Shown here: piece by piece, positions 19,766 to 29,200 of the stretch
How positions within the stretch are numbered: position 1 is the stretch's first letter
Layout of the letters: every line of letters begins with the position of its first letter
NCBI GenBank assembly: GCA_039809045.1
Contig: JBDHUG010000001.1
Coordinates: 1-64,000 of the forward strand
Reading direction: 5' to 3'
DNA length: 64,000 bases
From: Gemmatales bacterium
GTDB lineage: Bacteria; Planctomycetota; Planctomycetia; Gemmatales; HRBIN36
Position numbers and translations under genes: made by a program
Notes under the pieces: generated by a model
What the model saw: only the letters and a program-made list of their open reading frames with translations
Told to the model about the DNA's origin: nothing
Databases searched by the model: none

Positions 19766-19925
19766 GTCAAGGGCAGATCAATCCTTCGTGGCGTGATTCA
19801 AGTTGCTAATGCGAACAGGAAGCTGCCAATTTGGTGAAAAGAAAATGATCAGGAAAAATGTTCATGTGTCTGTGTAAGTTGGCCACCATGCATGCTTTGA
19901 ATCATACTGGAGGAGCATAGGGACA

Positions 19926-20603
19926 TCAACAAGCATGACCATGGCGAGCGACACACCATGCTTTCGCCTGTTCAGTGGCCAGATTCATTTGCGTTTGCAG
20001 GGCAGCAGCGTATTTTTGTTGATCTTCGCGGTGCAAATAAGCAGGAATAGCCAGTTCTGGTCCAGTAATGCCGTAAAGCGTGCTGAACGGCAACGGGATG
20101 GCCATACGGTCCCAACTTTTGGCACGCCATGCCCAGGAATAAGCCAAGCCATAAGGCACGATGGGCATCGCTAACTGTGAAGCGAGAAAAATGGTGCCGC
20201 GTTGCGCTGTTCGCCTGGGACCGCGCGGGCCATCAGGCGTCACCGCCAAATGACTTCTGGCCCCAAGTTCCAACATTTGCATGAGCGCCTGTCCACCGCC
20301 ACGTGTTGAAGAGCCGCGCACCGACTTGATCCCCAACCAACGAATCACCTGCGCGATCAATTCGCCATCCGCATGTAGACTGATGAGGATGTGCACAGGG
20401 TTGCGATAAGGAGTGGAGGTTAAAGCCAGCAGGTCTTCATGCCAAAAGGCGTGGATAAAATGGCCACGGCAACGACGATGATCGGGATCCGTGCGATCGT
20501 CATGCATACGAATACGCAGTCGAACGGTGCTCATCCAAAGGCGAATCAGCACCGATGCCAGCAAGCCAATCAACTTAATGAGACCGGGGTGACGTAGTTT
20601 CAT
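19926..20603 (-). CDS. DUF374 (lysophospholipid-acyltransferase-like) protein
   Basis: FWHEDLL...HADGELIAQVIRWLGIKSVRGSSTRGGGQALMQMLE...AVTPDGPRGPRR is a close match to the DUF374 core. The start is taken at MKLRHPG (20603), within the ORF that extends to 20717. Confidence 0.65.
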   Translation of the reverse strand: MKLRHPGLIKLIGLLASVLIRLWMSTVRLRIRMHDDRTDPDHRRCRGHFIHAFWHEDLLALTSTPYRNPVHILISLHADGELIAQVIRWLGIKSVRGSSTRGGGQALMQMLELGARSHLAVTPDGPRGPRRTAQRGTIFLASQLAMPIVPYGLAYSWAWRAKSWDRMAIPLPFSTLYGITGPELAIPAYLHREDQQKYAAALQTQMNLATEQAKAWCVARHGHAC

Positions 20604-20763
20604 GTCATAACCGCATTTATCTATTGAATCGTAGTCATAAGGGCCGATAAAGTCTTGCCTTGCTAATTGTGAATCGTTATCAATGACTTTAGGCCTCGAA
20701 ACTTGGTTTAAGGCCACATGAAATTAATCTTTCCTCGACCCCTTGAAAAGACGAGGATGTGCC

Positions 20764-21183
20764 ATGGGCAAAGGTGCGGGAAAAGCCCGTAAGAAGTTGC
20801 CAAAAGAATTAGCCGTGGTGCGAGCTGACAACTGCACAGGTTGTGAAGCCTGTATTGAAGTTTGTCCCGTGGATTGCATTTATAAGGTTCCAGGCGAAGA
20901 TTTGCCTACCGTGCAGTACTTTGTGGATATCGACCTGGAACGTTGCATCGGTTGCTCCCTGTGTGAAAAATGGTGCCCTTGGGATGCGATTGACATGGTC
21001 CCCACAGGCCAAATCGCTGAAGCAGTGGCCGATAAGGGTGGTCCACCCAGTTATGTCGAAAAGTATCAAGCCGATCTGAACCGGGTCGCTGAATCCTTGT
21101 CTGAACTCTACCGTGAACAGCAAACAGCCAAACCTGCCAAAGCCAGTTCAAAAGCTGCTGAAACGGCTGTACCTGCCAGTTGA
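20764..21183 (+). CDS. 2x[4Fe-4S] ferredoxin with a C-terminal extension
   Basis: CTGCEACIEVCPVDCI and CIGCSLCEKWCPWDAI, plus a tail of about 60 aa. The start is MGKGAGK at 20764. Confidence 0.75.
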   Translation: MGKGAGKARKKLPKELAVVRADNCTGCEACIEVCPVDCIYKVPGEDLPTVQYFVDIDLERCIGCSLCEKWCPWDAIDMVPTGQIAEAVADKGGPPSYVEKYQADLNRVAESLSELYREQQTAKPAKASSKAAETAVPAS

Positions 21184-21308
21184 TTATCCAAGAACGGTTA
21201 TTGCCCAATTAAATACAAAACTTCCCTGCACTTTGGGTGCATTGGGATGGTTGGTTCTTAGCCGACGACGATGAGGTCATGGTTATTTACAGTCAGGAGC
21301 GTGCATCC

Positions 21309-22931
21309 ATGAAGCGACGGTACAATCGAACCATCGTGCTTGGACTATCTATTTGGCTGACAAGCATGACGGCTGGTTGCCTGGAATTCAACGACTCAGA
21401 ATCCTCAACGAATGCCTCCGAACCGGCCACTGCCGAAGTCAACACATCGACGAAAACACCAACAAATAGAAGCTTAACTTTTACTCCCCCGGATGTTGCA
21501 GATACGGTGGTCCAGTTGCCTAACGACGCTTGGGTCATGAGCTTCGCTAAGCAGGTGCCTATTCAATTCGTCGTGCGCAGCAAAGCCATGGGCGAATGGA
21601 ATCAATTACCAACGTTTTGGAATGAAGGATTCAAAGAAAAAGTTCGCGATCCACGCACAGGTCAAGAAGTAGAACGATCCGTGGTCAAAATCAAAGTGCC
21701 CTTGGGTCTGACGCAAGATGTCCCCGTGCCAGATGAAAACCCCATAACCGTGGCGAAATTTGTACTTGGTAAGAAGCTCTATTTCGATCCCATTCTCTCA
21801 ACCGACGGAAAGGTATCCTGTGCGACGTGCCATGATCCTGCCAAAGGCTTCACGGATCAACTTCCTGTCTCGACGGGCATTAAGGGACAAAAGGGCGGCA
21901 TGAGTGCACCTACGGTAATGAACTCCGCTTACCAAGTTATGCAGTTTTGGGATGGGCGAGCCGGTAGTTTGGAAGAGCAAGCGCAAGGCCCGGTACAGAA
22001 TCCAGTCGAAATGTACGATGACAACTTCGGGCCAGCGGAAGTGCATGCCTGGCCACAAGCCGTTGAACGGCTGCGCAAGAATCCGATGTATGTCCAAGCT
22101 TTTAAAGAAGTATTCGGAACCTTGCCTACCCGAGACGCGACCGCCAAGGCCATTGCGTGCTATGAACGCCTGGTTCTGGTTGGCAACTCGGTTCATGATC
22201 GAGCTGAATTGTTGATGCGAGCCCGAGTCGCCGAAGAAGGCAAAGCCACTTTTTTGGTTGAAGCCGTCGATTATGAAGCGGCTTTGCAGGAAGCCATCGC
22301 AAAGAAAGAAACGAAATTACTCATCAGTCTTGGATTGTCAGAAGCTTCAGATGCTGCGACGATAAAGGATACTTCGAACCGTATCAAAAATGGCCACACC
22401 CTATTCTTCAATAAAGCTCGTTGCAATACCTGCCACGCTGGTGACAACTTCACAGACAATTTGTTCCATAACCTGGGTGTCGGTGTTAAAGAGGGCGTGG
22501 TACCGTCAATTGCCTTTGGGCGATTCGCAGCTATGCCAACAGGTCATAAACGGCCGGACTTTGTCGGCGCGTTTAAAACGCCCACATTGCGTGGCCTATT
22601 GAGTACGGCACCCTATCTTCATGACGGTTCCGAGACGACCCTCGAAGCCGTTGTTGATTTCTATGACCGTGGCGGCAATGCCAACGAATTCTTGGATGTC
22701 AAAATGCGTGACATCGACAAAGAGCAAGAATATGCTCGCCTGGGTGAAGCGGCTTTCAAGGCAAAGTACAAAAACATCAAAGTCTCTATTTATGGCGATG
22801 TTAAAAAACCCATCATTCCATTAGAGTTGAACCTAACTCCGCAGGAAAAGAAAGATTTGGTTATCTTCTTGAAAGCGCTGCAGGGTGATCTGGTTGACCC
22901 GATGGTGGCCGATCCAAAAGTGTTCCCCTGA
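21309..22931 (+). CDS. Di-haem cytochrome c peroxidase (CCP/MauG family), lipoprotein-type signal
   Basis: Two haem c sites (CATCHDP and CNTCHAGDNF), a conserved ...QFWDGRA... motif, and a signal peptide with Cys (LTSMTAGC). The start is MKRRYNR (21309). Confidence 0.85.
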   Translation: MKRRYNRTIVLGLSIWLTSMTAGCLEFNDSESSTNASEPATAEVNTSTKTPTNRSLTFTPPDVADTVVQLPNDAWVMSFAKQVPIQFVVRSKAMGEWNQLPTFWNEGFKEKVRDPRTGQEVERSVVKIKVPLGLTQDVPVPDENPITVAKFVLGKKLYFDPILSTDGKVSCATCHDPAKGFTDQLPVSTGIKGQKGGMSAPTVMNSAYQVMQFWDGRAGSLEEQAQGPVQNPVEMYDDNFGPAEVHAWPQAVERLRKNPMYVQAFKEVFGTLPTRDATAKAIACYERLVLVGNSVHDRAELLMRARVAEEGKATFLVEAVDYEAALQEAIAKKETKLLISLGLSEASDAATIKDTSNRIKNGHTLFFNKARCNTCHAGDNFTDNLFHNLGVGVKEGVVPSIAFGRFAAMPTGHKRPDFVGAFKTPTLRGLLSTAPYLHDGSETTLEAVVDFYDRGGNANEFLDVKMRDIDKEQEYARLGEAAFKAKYKNIKVSIYGDVKKPIIPLELNLTPQEKKDLVIFLKALQGDLVDPMVADPKVFP

Positions 22932-23120
22932 AAAGCTCGTTGAGATACCCATCAGTCTGTATCGACGAAAACCGCGTCTGGCCAAAAGCACGCGGTTTTC
23001 ATTCGGTATGAATAAAAAAAGGGGGCTTGGCTGTTTCGAAATCTCATTCTCAATGCATCCCATAATGGGTTCCCATCTGCGTAAGGAGTGGATGTTCGCT
23101 CTTGAGTTCAGGAACGCTCC

Positions 23121-23336
23121 ATGCAACTGCTTGCTGATTGGCAATGGTACCAGCAGAACAAAAGCCAATGGCTTCCTGAGTATCGCGGGCAATTCCTCGT
23201 GATCCAAAATCAACAACTTATTGGCCATTGGCCCACTTTTGCTCAAGCCTTGCAGGAAGCCTATCAGCAAGTGGGGTTAGGACCGTTCCTGGTGCAGCAG
23301 CTGTGGGAACGGGATCACTGGCTGGTTTTTACATAA
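23121..23336 (+). CDS. Small protein (71 aa) of unknown function, apparent partner of the downstream retropepsin-like gene
   Basis: A Trp/Gln-rich ORF (MQLLADWQWYQQNKSQWLPEYRGQFLVIQNQQLIGHW...) lies 21 bp upstream of the next gene on the same strand. Confidence 0.45.
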   Translation: MQLLADWQWYQQNKSQWLPEYRGQFLVIQNQQLIGHWPTFAQALQEAYQQVGLGPFLVQQLWERDHWLVFT

Positions 23337-23357
23337 GCTGTTACAGGTAATCGCTCC

Positions 23358-23795
23358 ATGCCTATTCTAAGCGTGCCACTCACCCAAGATGGACCGATCG
23401 TTACCGTCCTCATCGGCGTGAGTGAACCGCGCAAGTTGGCCTTGGAGCAATCGGGGCAGAAAGTGCCCAAGCAATTACAAATTGGCGCTTTATTGAACAC
23501 CGGCGCGACGGGAACCGTTGTCGATCGACAGATCATTCGCCGGTTAGGACTACAACCGCGCGGGGTCGTGAATTTCAAGTCGACGCAGCAAGGCATGGTT
23601 CCAGAAATGAGTATGACCTACGACATCAGTTTAAGCCTGGCTAATGCACCGCACCAATTCATTACTTCAGCGCTGGCGGTACTGGAAGGCAGTTTCGCAC
23701 TACCAACCTATCAGGCGATCCTTGGCCGTGATGTGCTAGGCCACCTCAAGCTTCATTACGATGGCATCAATCGTATGCTCACCGTTCAGTTTTGA
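23358..23795 (+). CDS. Retropepsin-like (clan AA) aspartic-protease homologue with Asp to Asn at the catalytic position
   Basis: GALLNTGATGTVVD aligns with the retropepsin signature hydrophobic-hydrophobic-D-T-G-A (HIV PR ALLDTGADDTV), but has N in place of the catalytic D (codon AAC at 23494-23496). A C-terminal ILGRDVLGHL matches the retropepsin GRD/N motif. Confidence 0.65.
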   Translation: MPILSVPLTQDGPIVTVLIGVSEPRKLALEQSGQKVPKQLQIGALLNTGATGTVVDRQIIRRLGLQPRGVVNFKSTQQGMVPEMSMTYDISLSLANAPHQFITSALAVLEGSFALPTYQAILGRDVLGHLKLHYDGINRMLTVQF

Positions 23796-23796
23796 A

Positions 23797-24402
23797 TCAT
23801 GCAGTCGCTGTATTCATGACTGCTTTCACGCCGTTCCAGGCCGGCAAGGGGGAAGTTTCTGCTAATCCGCTTGCCAGCCACCAACCCACGACCCGCACAA
23901 AACTGATTAAGTACCAAACGGCAGCATAAGCCAGCGCAAAGCCGATAGCCAGATCGACAGGTCCTTTGAGCGAAGGTGCGATATTCCCAATGGCAAAAAA
24001 GACAGCCAGCCCCACCATCAGCGGAACCAGAAGCAAGGTCATGATTTGGTGTTTGCGTTGCCATGGCCGATAAAGGCTCATCATGCAAAACGGCGCCAAC
24101 CAATAATCACCGGTCCAACCGGTTTCCCCAAGGGCTTCCTTAGCTCGCGCTAGCGTCCTTGGCACAAATACTCGGCGAAACAACATTTCAGCTTTACCAA
24201 GTCCGAACAGGCCGATTCCCAAATACAGCAAATAATCAAGCATGCTCAAGGGTGGATGTTGTTGATAGATTTGAATGCCTTTGCTCAACAGACGATAACC
24301 CCCAAAGCCAAACAAGGCCGTTAAGAACAAAATACCCCAAATTTGTCCCAGCACTTTCCCGGTTGAGATCGGGGTTTTGGTAGAGTTTATTTGTTCACTC
24401 AT
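23797..24402 (-). CDS. Integral membrane protein (unknown function)
   Basis: 201 aa with 5-6 hydrophobic helices and no assignable motif. Confidence 0.45.
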   Translation of the reverse strand: MSEQINSTKTPISTGKVLGQIWGILFLTALFGFGGYRLLSKGIQIYQQHPPLSMLDYLLYLGIGLFGLGKAEMLFRRVFVPRTLARAKEALGETGWTGDYWLAPFCMMSLYRPWQRKHQIMTLLLVPLMVGLAVFFAIGNIAPSLKGPVDLAIGFALAYAAVWYLISFVRVVGWWLASGLAETSPLPAWNGVKAVMNTATA

Positions 24403-24520
24403 GCGATTAATGACGCTCCCTTTGGTTAAATGCCAATGAACGCTTGTTCAAAAGAGCCAAAAACAACCACAGAAAGTCAACGCATCTCTTCTGAAGAATG
24501 CTAGACTAAGCGTAGCGTGC

Positions 24521-26119
24521 GTGTCACACTCCAACATTTTCAATTGTGGTTGCATCATGGCCCCAAGACATCGTTGGGTCGAAAGCTTTTTCTTTCTGGC
24601 CGCGTTGTTCATCTTGTTCTTTTTTTCCAGCCATCAATTATTTTATGATCCCGGCACTTTCTGGCATACCGTTACCGGTGATCAGTTGCGTCAAAACGGC
24701 TTAATTCGCTCCGATCCATTTACCTACACTCAGCAAGGGCAAGCGTGGATTCCCCATCAGTGGCTTGCTGAAGTGATCATGAGCTATGCGCATCAAAGGA
24801 TGGGACTGGATGGGTTGCTGTGGCTGACCCTATTGTTGCTCAGCAGTCTGTTTGCATTCTTGGCTGGCCGGTTGAGTATGGCTGGCTGTCATCCCTTGCT
24901 GATTGCTTTGATCCTCGCTCTCACCTATGGTGCGATGTGTTATCATTTTCATGCCAGGCCCCATTTGGTTTCGATGCTCTTTCTTGGCTTCATTTACGCT
25001 TTATTGGTTGATGTTGAAGCCGAGCGAAAAACGTTAAGTTCGTTGTGGCTGTTGTTGCCTCTTTATGCCTTATGGGTGAATCTCCATGGCGGGGTTTTAG
25101 GCGGTATGTTTTCCTTCGGACTCGTTGGACTGGGCTGGGGGGTGTATTGGCTGTTTGGTTGGCGAAGTCCACTTCACTGTGCTCATGATGTAGGCATGCT
25201 CGTTATCATCGGCTTGTTGGCGGCTGCGATGGTGATGGTCAATCCATACGGTTTGGACATGATCCGCATGTGGTATGAAATCCTGCGCCAGGATTTGCCG
25301 ACGATCATCTCCGAACATCGTCCACTCGATTGGACGGAACCGGAAGGCATCATGGTCTTGAGCATGGGCGGTCTGCATATGCTGTTGTTGCTTGGTACTT
25401 GGGGCCATAAACCAAGAGTCAGCTGGCTGGTGCCGCTCGTTTGGTTTGGGTTGGCCATGATGCGTGTTCGCAACGGACCTCTCTTTGCCGTGGTGGCGAC
25501 CATTGCTTGGGCCGATTTGTTGCCTCACACGCGTTGGATGCGTTGGCTCGCGCGTCGTAGCGATCTCATATTGATTCCAGGAATACCCCCGCCGAAAGGG
25601 ACAACACCTTGGGACCCCCAAGCGCCGACGTCGGTTCTAGCCAGGTTGGTGCCGCACGTGTGGTTGCTGTTGTTGCCTTTGCCTTGGCTCGTCCCAGACT
25701 TATTGCTCGGTCGTTTGTTGATCGACCGCAACCATTGGCCATTGGCCCTACTCGACTCATTGAGGAAAGAATGCCAAAGAGAAGGCACAGTTCTGTTTAA
25801 TGAGGATTTATACGGAGGTTTCGTCGTCTATTTTGTGCCTGGGCAAAAAATCTTTATCGATGATCGTTGTGAATTGCATGGGAAAAATCTGTTGATGGAC
25901 TATGTGGATGCATTCAGACATCAAGAGCATGTTGCCGAATGGATGGACAAGTGGGAGAAACAATATGGTATTAACCTGGCCCTCGTCCATTCAAACAGCA
26001 CGTTTGCAAAGCACTTCCTGTCCAGAAATGATTGGCACGTCATAGCAACGACACAGGCCGAATTGCCTGAAAAGCAAGTAACTCTGTTTCGCAGGGACGT
26101 TCAAAATAAACCACAATAG
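24521..26119 (+). CDS. Polytopic membrane protein with a C-terminal soluble domain (possible GT-C-type glycosyltransferase; weak)
   Basis: About 11-12 TM helices, then a soluble C-terminal domain of about 120 aa. The architecture resembles GT-C / DUF2079-like membrane glycosyltransferases. I saw no diagnostic motif. Confidence 0.45.
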   Translation: MSHSNIFNCGCIMAPRHRWVESFFFLAALFILFFFSSHQLFYDPGTFWHTVTGDQLRQNGLIRSDPFTYTQQGQAWIPHQWLAEVIMSYAHQRMGLDGLLWLTLLLLSSLFAFLAGRLSMAGCHPLLIALILALTYGAMCYHFHARPHLVSMLFLGFIYALLVDVEAERKTLSSLWLLLPLYALWVNLHGGVLGGMFSFGLVGLGWGVYWLFGWRSPLHCAHDVGMLVIIGLLAAAMVMVNPYGLDMIRMWYEILRQDLPTIISEHRPLDWTEPEGIMVLSMGGLHMLLLLGTWGHKPRVSWLVPLVWFGLAMMRVRNGPLFAVVATIAWADLLPHTRWMRWLARRSDLILIPGIPPPKGTTPWDPQAPTSVLARLVPHVWLLLLPLPWLVPDLLLGRLLIDRNHWPLALLDSLRKECQREGTVLFNEDLYGGFVVYFVPGQKIFIDDRCELHGKNLLMDYVDAFRHQEHVAEWMDKWEKQYGINLALVHSNSTFAKHFLSRNDWHVIATTQAELPEKQVTLFRRDVQNKPQ

Positions 26120-26291
26120 TTATTTTCGGGGGGTTGGTTGCCATTCTCCTAAGGCGGGTGAAGAAGCGAACAGCGAGGCGTTAAATTCAGAACCTGAACT
26201 GGCGGCCAAACTGAAATCCTATAGTGCACCCAGAAAAGGCAAAGTTATAATAAGATGACGTATCGCCTGATGCGAAGGGGGTTTGACTCGC

Positions 26292-29200
26292 ATGTCACGT
26301 TCGTACAAACCCGGAGATGAGCCAGTCTCTGGCTATCGCTTGGCCCGTTTTCTGGGTCGCGGTGGCTTTGGCGAAGTCTGGCAAGCGACCGCCCCGGGTG
26401 GTACGGAAGTTGCCTTCAAAATCATCGATTTGGGTGAGAAGACCGGTTCCAAAGAATGGCGTGCCATCCAGCGGGTTAAACGAATCCGACATCCCAACCT
26501 TGTACCCATCCTGGCGATATGGCTGCGTGACGAATTTGGCGACCTGATTCCGGAATTGCCTTCCGATTCCAAGCATGCCTATGACGAACAGCATCCTTCC
26601 GAACTGTACTTAGCAATGGGCTTGGGGGATAAAAGCCTCTTGGATCGGATGAAAGAATGCAAAGATCAAGGCAAACCCGGAATACCGGTAGCCGAGCTGA
26701 TCAACTACATCGAAGATGCCGCTCGTGCATTGGACCATTTGCATAGCCCCAAACACGATTTAGGCCAAGGACCAGTCAGTATTCAGCATTGCGACATCAA
26801 ACCACAAAACATTTTGATCGTGGGTGATGCTGCGCAGGTTTGCGATTTTGGTCTGGCGCGGGTCCTTGGCGAAAATCGTTCGACGGCCAATCCTGCGGTG
26901 ACCCTGGCATTTGCCGCTCCCGAATTGCTCGAGGAAGGCAAACCCGGAATGCACACGGATCAATATGCCCTGGCCGTCACCTACTATTATCTGCGAACCG
27001 GCATGCTACCCTTCAGCCGTAACGACACCAACACGGTTATGTTGGAAGCGTTGGAAGGCCGCTTGGACTTATCGCGTCTCAACGCGGGTGAAAAGACGGT
27101 CATTCAGCAAGCCACGGCACGCAAACCATCAAGTCGCTTTCCAACATGCGTGGACATGGCACGCGAATTGCGCCGGGTTGTCGAATCCGGTGGTGCACCT
27201 CGTGGCACCATGGTCGTTGAAGCAGGGACCGAGATTGTTCCTGGCCATAAATTAGTGCGCTGTTTAGGCCGAGGAGCTTATGGCGAAGTTTGGGAAGCAT
27301 TGGCACCAGGCCGCATTCCTGTTGCTCTGAAAATCATTCGTGACCTGGACCGTTCCGGTGGCCGTGGGAAGCAAGAGTTTAAGGCACTCGAGATCATTCA
27401 ACGAGTATCGCACTCCGGATTGATGGAGTTACGAGCCTATTGGATATTAGACAAGCACGGCGATATCATACCCGATGAAATCCGCGGCCAACCAGGCTCA
27501 CCTGCGCCCCATACATTGATTATTGCCACCAAATTGGCTGACAAGAACTTAGGCCAATTGCTTGATGAATATCAAGCTAAGAACGAGCCGGGAATTCCGC
27601 CCAAAGAACTGATTGGTTATCTGCGCCAGGTGGCACAAGCGCTGGATTATTTGAATGCGCCGCGACATCGGCTCGGCGAGCGGCTGGTCAGTATCCAACA
27701 CCGTGATGTCAAGCCTGACAACATCATGTTGGCGGGGGATGCGGTCAAACTGACCGACTTCGGCCTTGCCAAAATCGTTGAGTTTGAGGAGATCTCCGCG
27801 GAGATCAATCAAGACAGCGTAGGCTTTACCTTCCACTATGCTGCTCCAGAAGTGCTGCGTGGGCGCGTGACCAAATGGTCGGATCAATATGCTCTGGCGA
27901 TCACTTACTATTACCTGCGTACAGGCACTGTGCCATTTGAACGAGCTGGTTCCGCCTACGAATTGATGATGCAGCAACTGGAAGGCCGCTTGGATTTAAG
28001 CTATCTGCCCGAAAATGAACGACGTGTCATTCAACGGGCGACCATGGTGCAACCAGAAAAGCGATTCCACACGTGCGCTGCTTTCATCGAGGAATTGGAC
28101 AAAGCCATACCCATCGATGGCAATGCACCGTTACCCAAGAGGCCGCCACCGCGTGTCCCTCATGCTGGAATGGCCGAAGGTCAGCCCATCGATCTTCCAT
28201 TCTCCCAGCCCAGTGTTGAAGAGATGGCGACGCTAGCGGCATCCGCTCGTGCCAGCGCTGCCTTGGCTAAACCCACATCGGACGAAGTTATTGAATCACT
28301 GAAAATAACGCCGTTGCGGATTCCGCCAGTTCCATCGAAGCCTTTATTCGAATCACTAGAGCCCGGCCAAACCGGCGAGTTATTGCGTGAACAGCAAGCG
28401 CAAGAGCAATCACCTCCTTCGACGGATATCAGCGAGTCGCCAACGCAAAAGCAGCCAAGCAAGCCAATTGACAAGGACAAGGAAACCCATCTGCCGCAGC
28501 GCATGCTTGCCGAACAGTCATCAGAGAAACAACCAGCCTACAAAGATCAAGATCAGCTCGAGGATGCCGTTGAAACCTTAATGACGGAGCCACATCCCGA
28601 TGCACCGATGTCCAAGACTACGGCACGGCGTCGTGCCACCATGCCCGCCGACGAGTTAGCCCTTGAGCTTCCGGAATTGCAACCTATCAGCGATCTCGAA
28701 AATAAACCGGCGTCAAAGTCAAAACACCGTCGCAGCGAATCGGCTGATTTCCAGGGAGCACCGGCAAAAACAGACGAAGCAGAGCAAGGCACGATGTTTC
28801 CAGGAGCCTTTGCTACCATACCTCCCACAGCCAAAATTGATGATCGACGCTCCAGCAAACAACGCATCCAAGCCATCGAGAATGAACAAGCGAAGCAGCC
28901 CAAAAACGAATTAGAAGACTCAGCCGCACAATCACAATTAATCAAGGATTGGCGCAAGCAAGTCGGTACCGTTCCGCCCAAGCGGTCCATCATGCGTTGG
29001 GTCGTCCTTGGTATCGTGGTATTTGGCATGGGGATTGGGCTGGCTGCTCTTGTTCTGTACCTATCGCAATGGTTGAAACTCGATTCAACGACATTGGCAC
29101 ATCATTCTGGTTCCGCCCAAACGAATACGGTGCCGACCTCCAAGCAACCAGGTACAACGGCAACCAGCCCGCATCAAGCTACTCAAGCGACAACGCGCAC

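Noticed and set aside
24820-25990. Multiple short ORFs on both strands inside the 24521-26119 membrane-protein gene
   Set aside because: They overlap a long, hydrophobic and coherent membrane protein frame and have no motifs.
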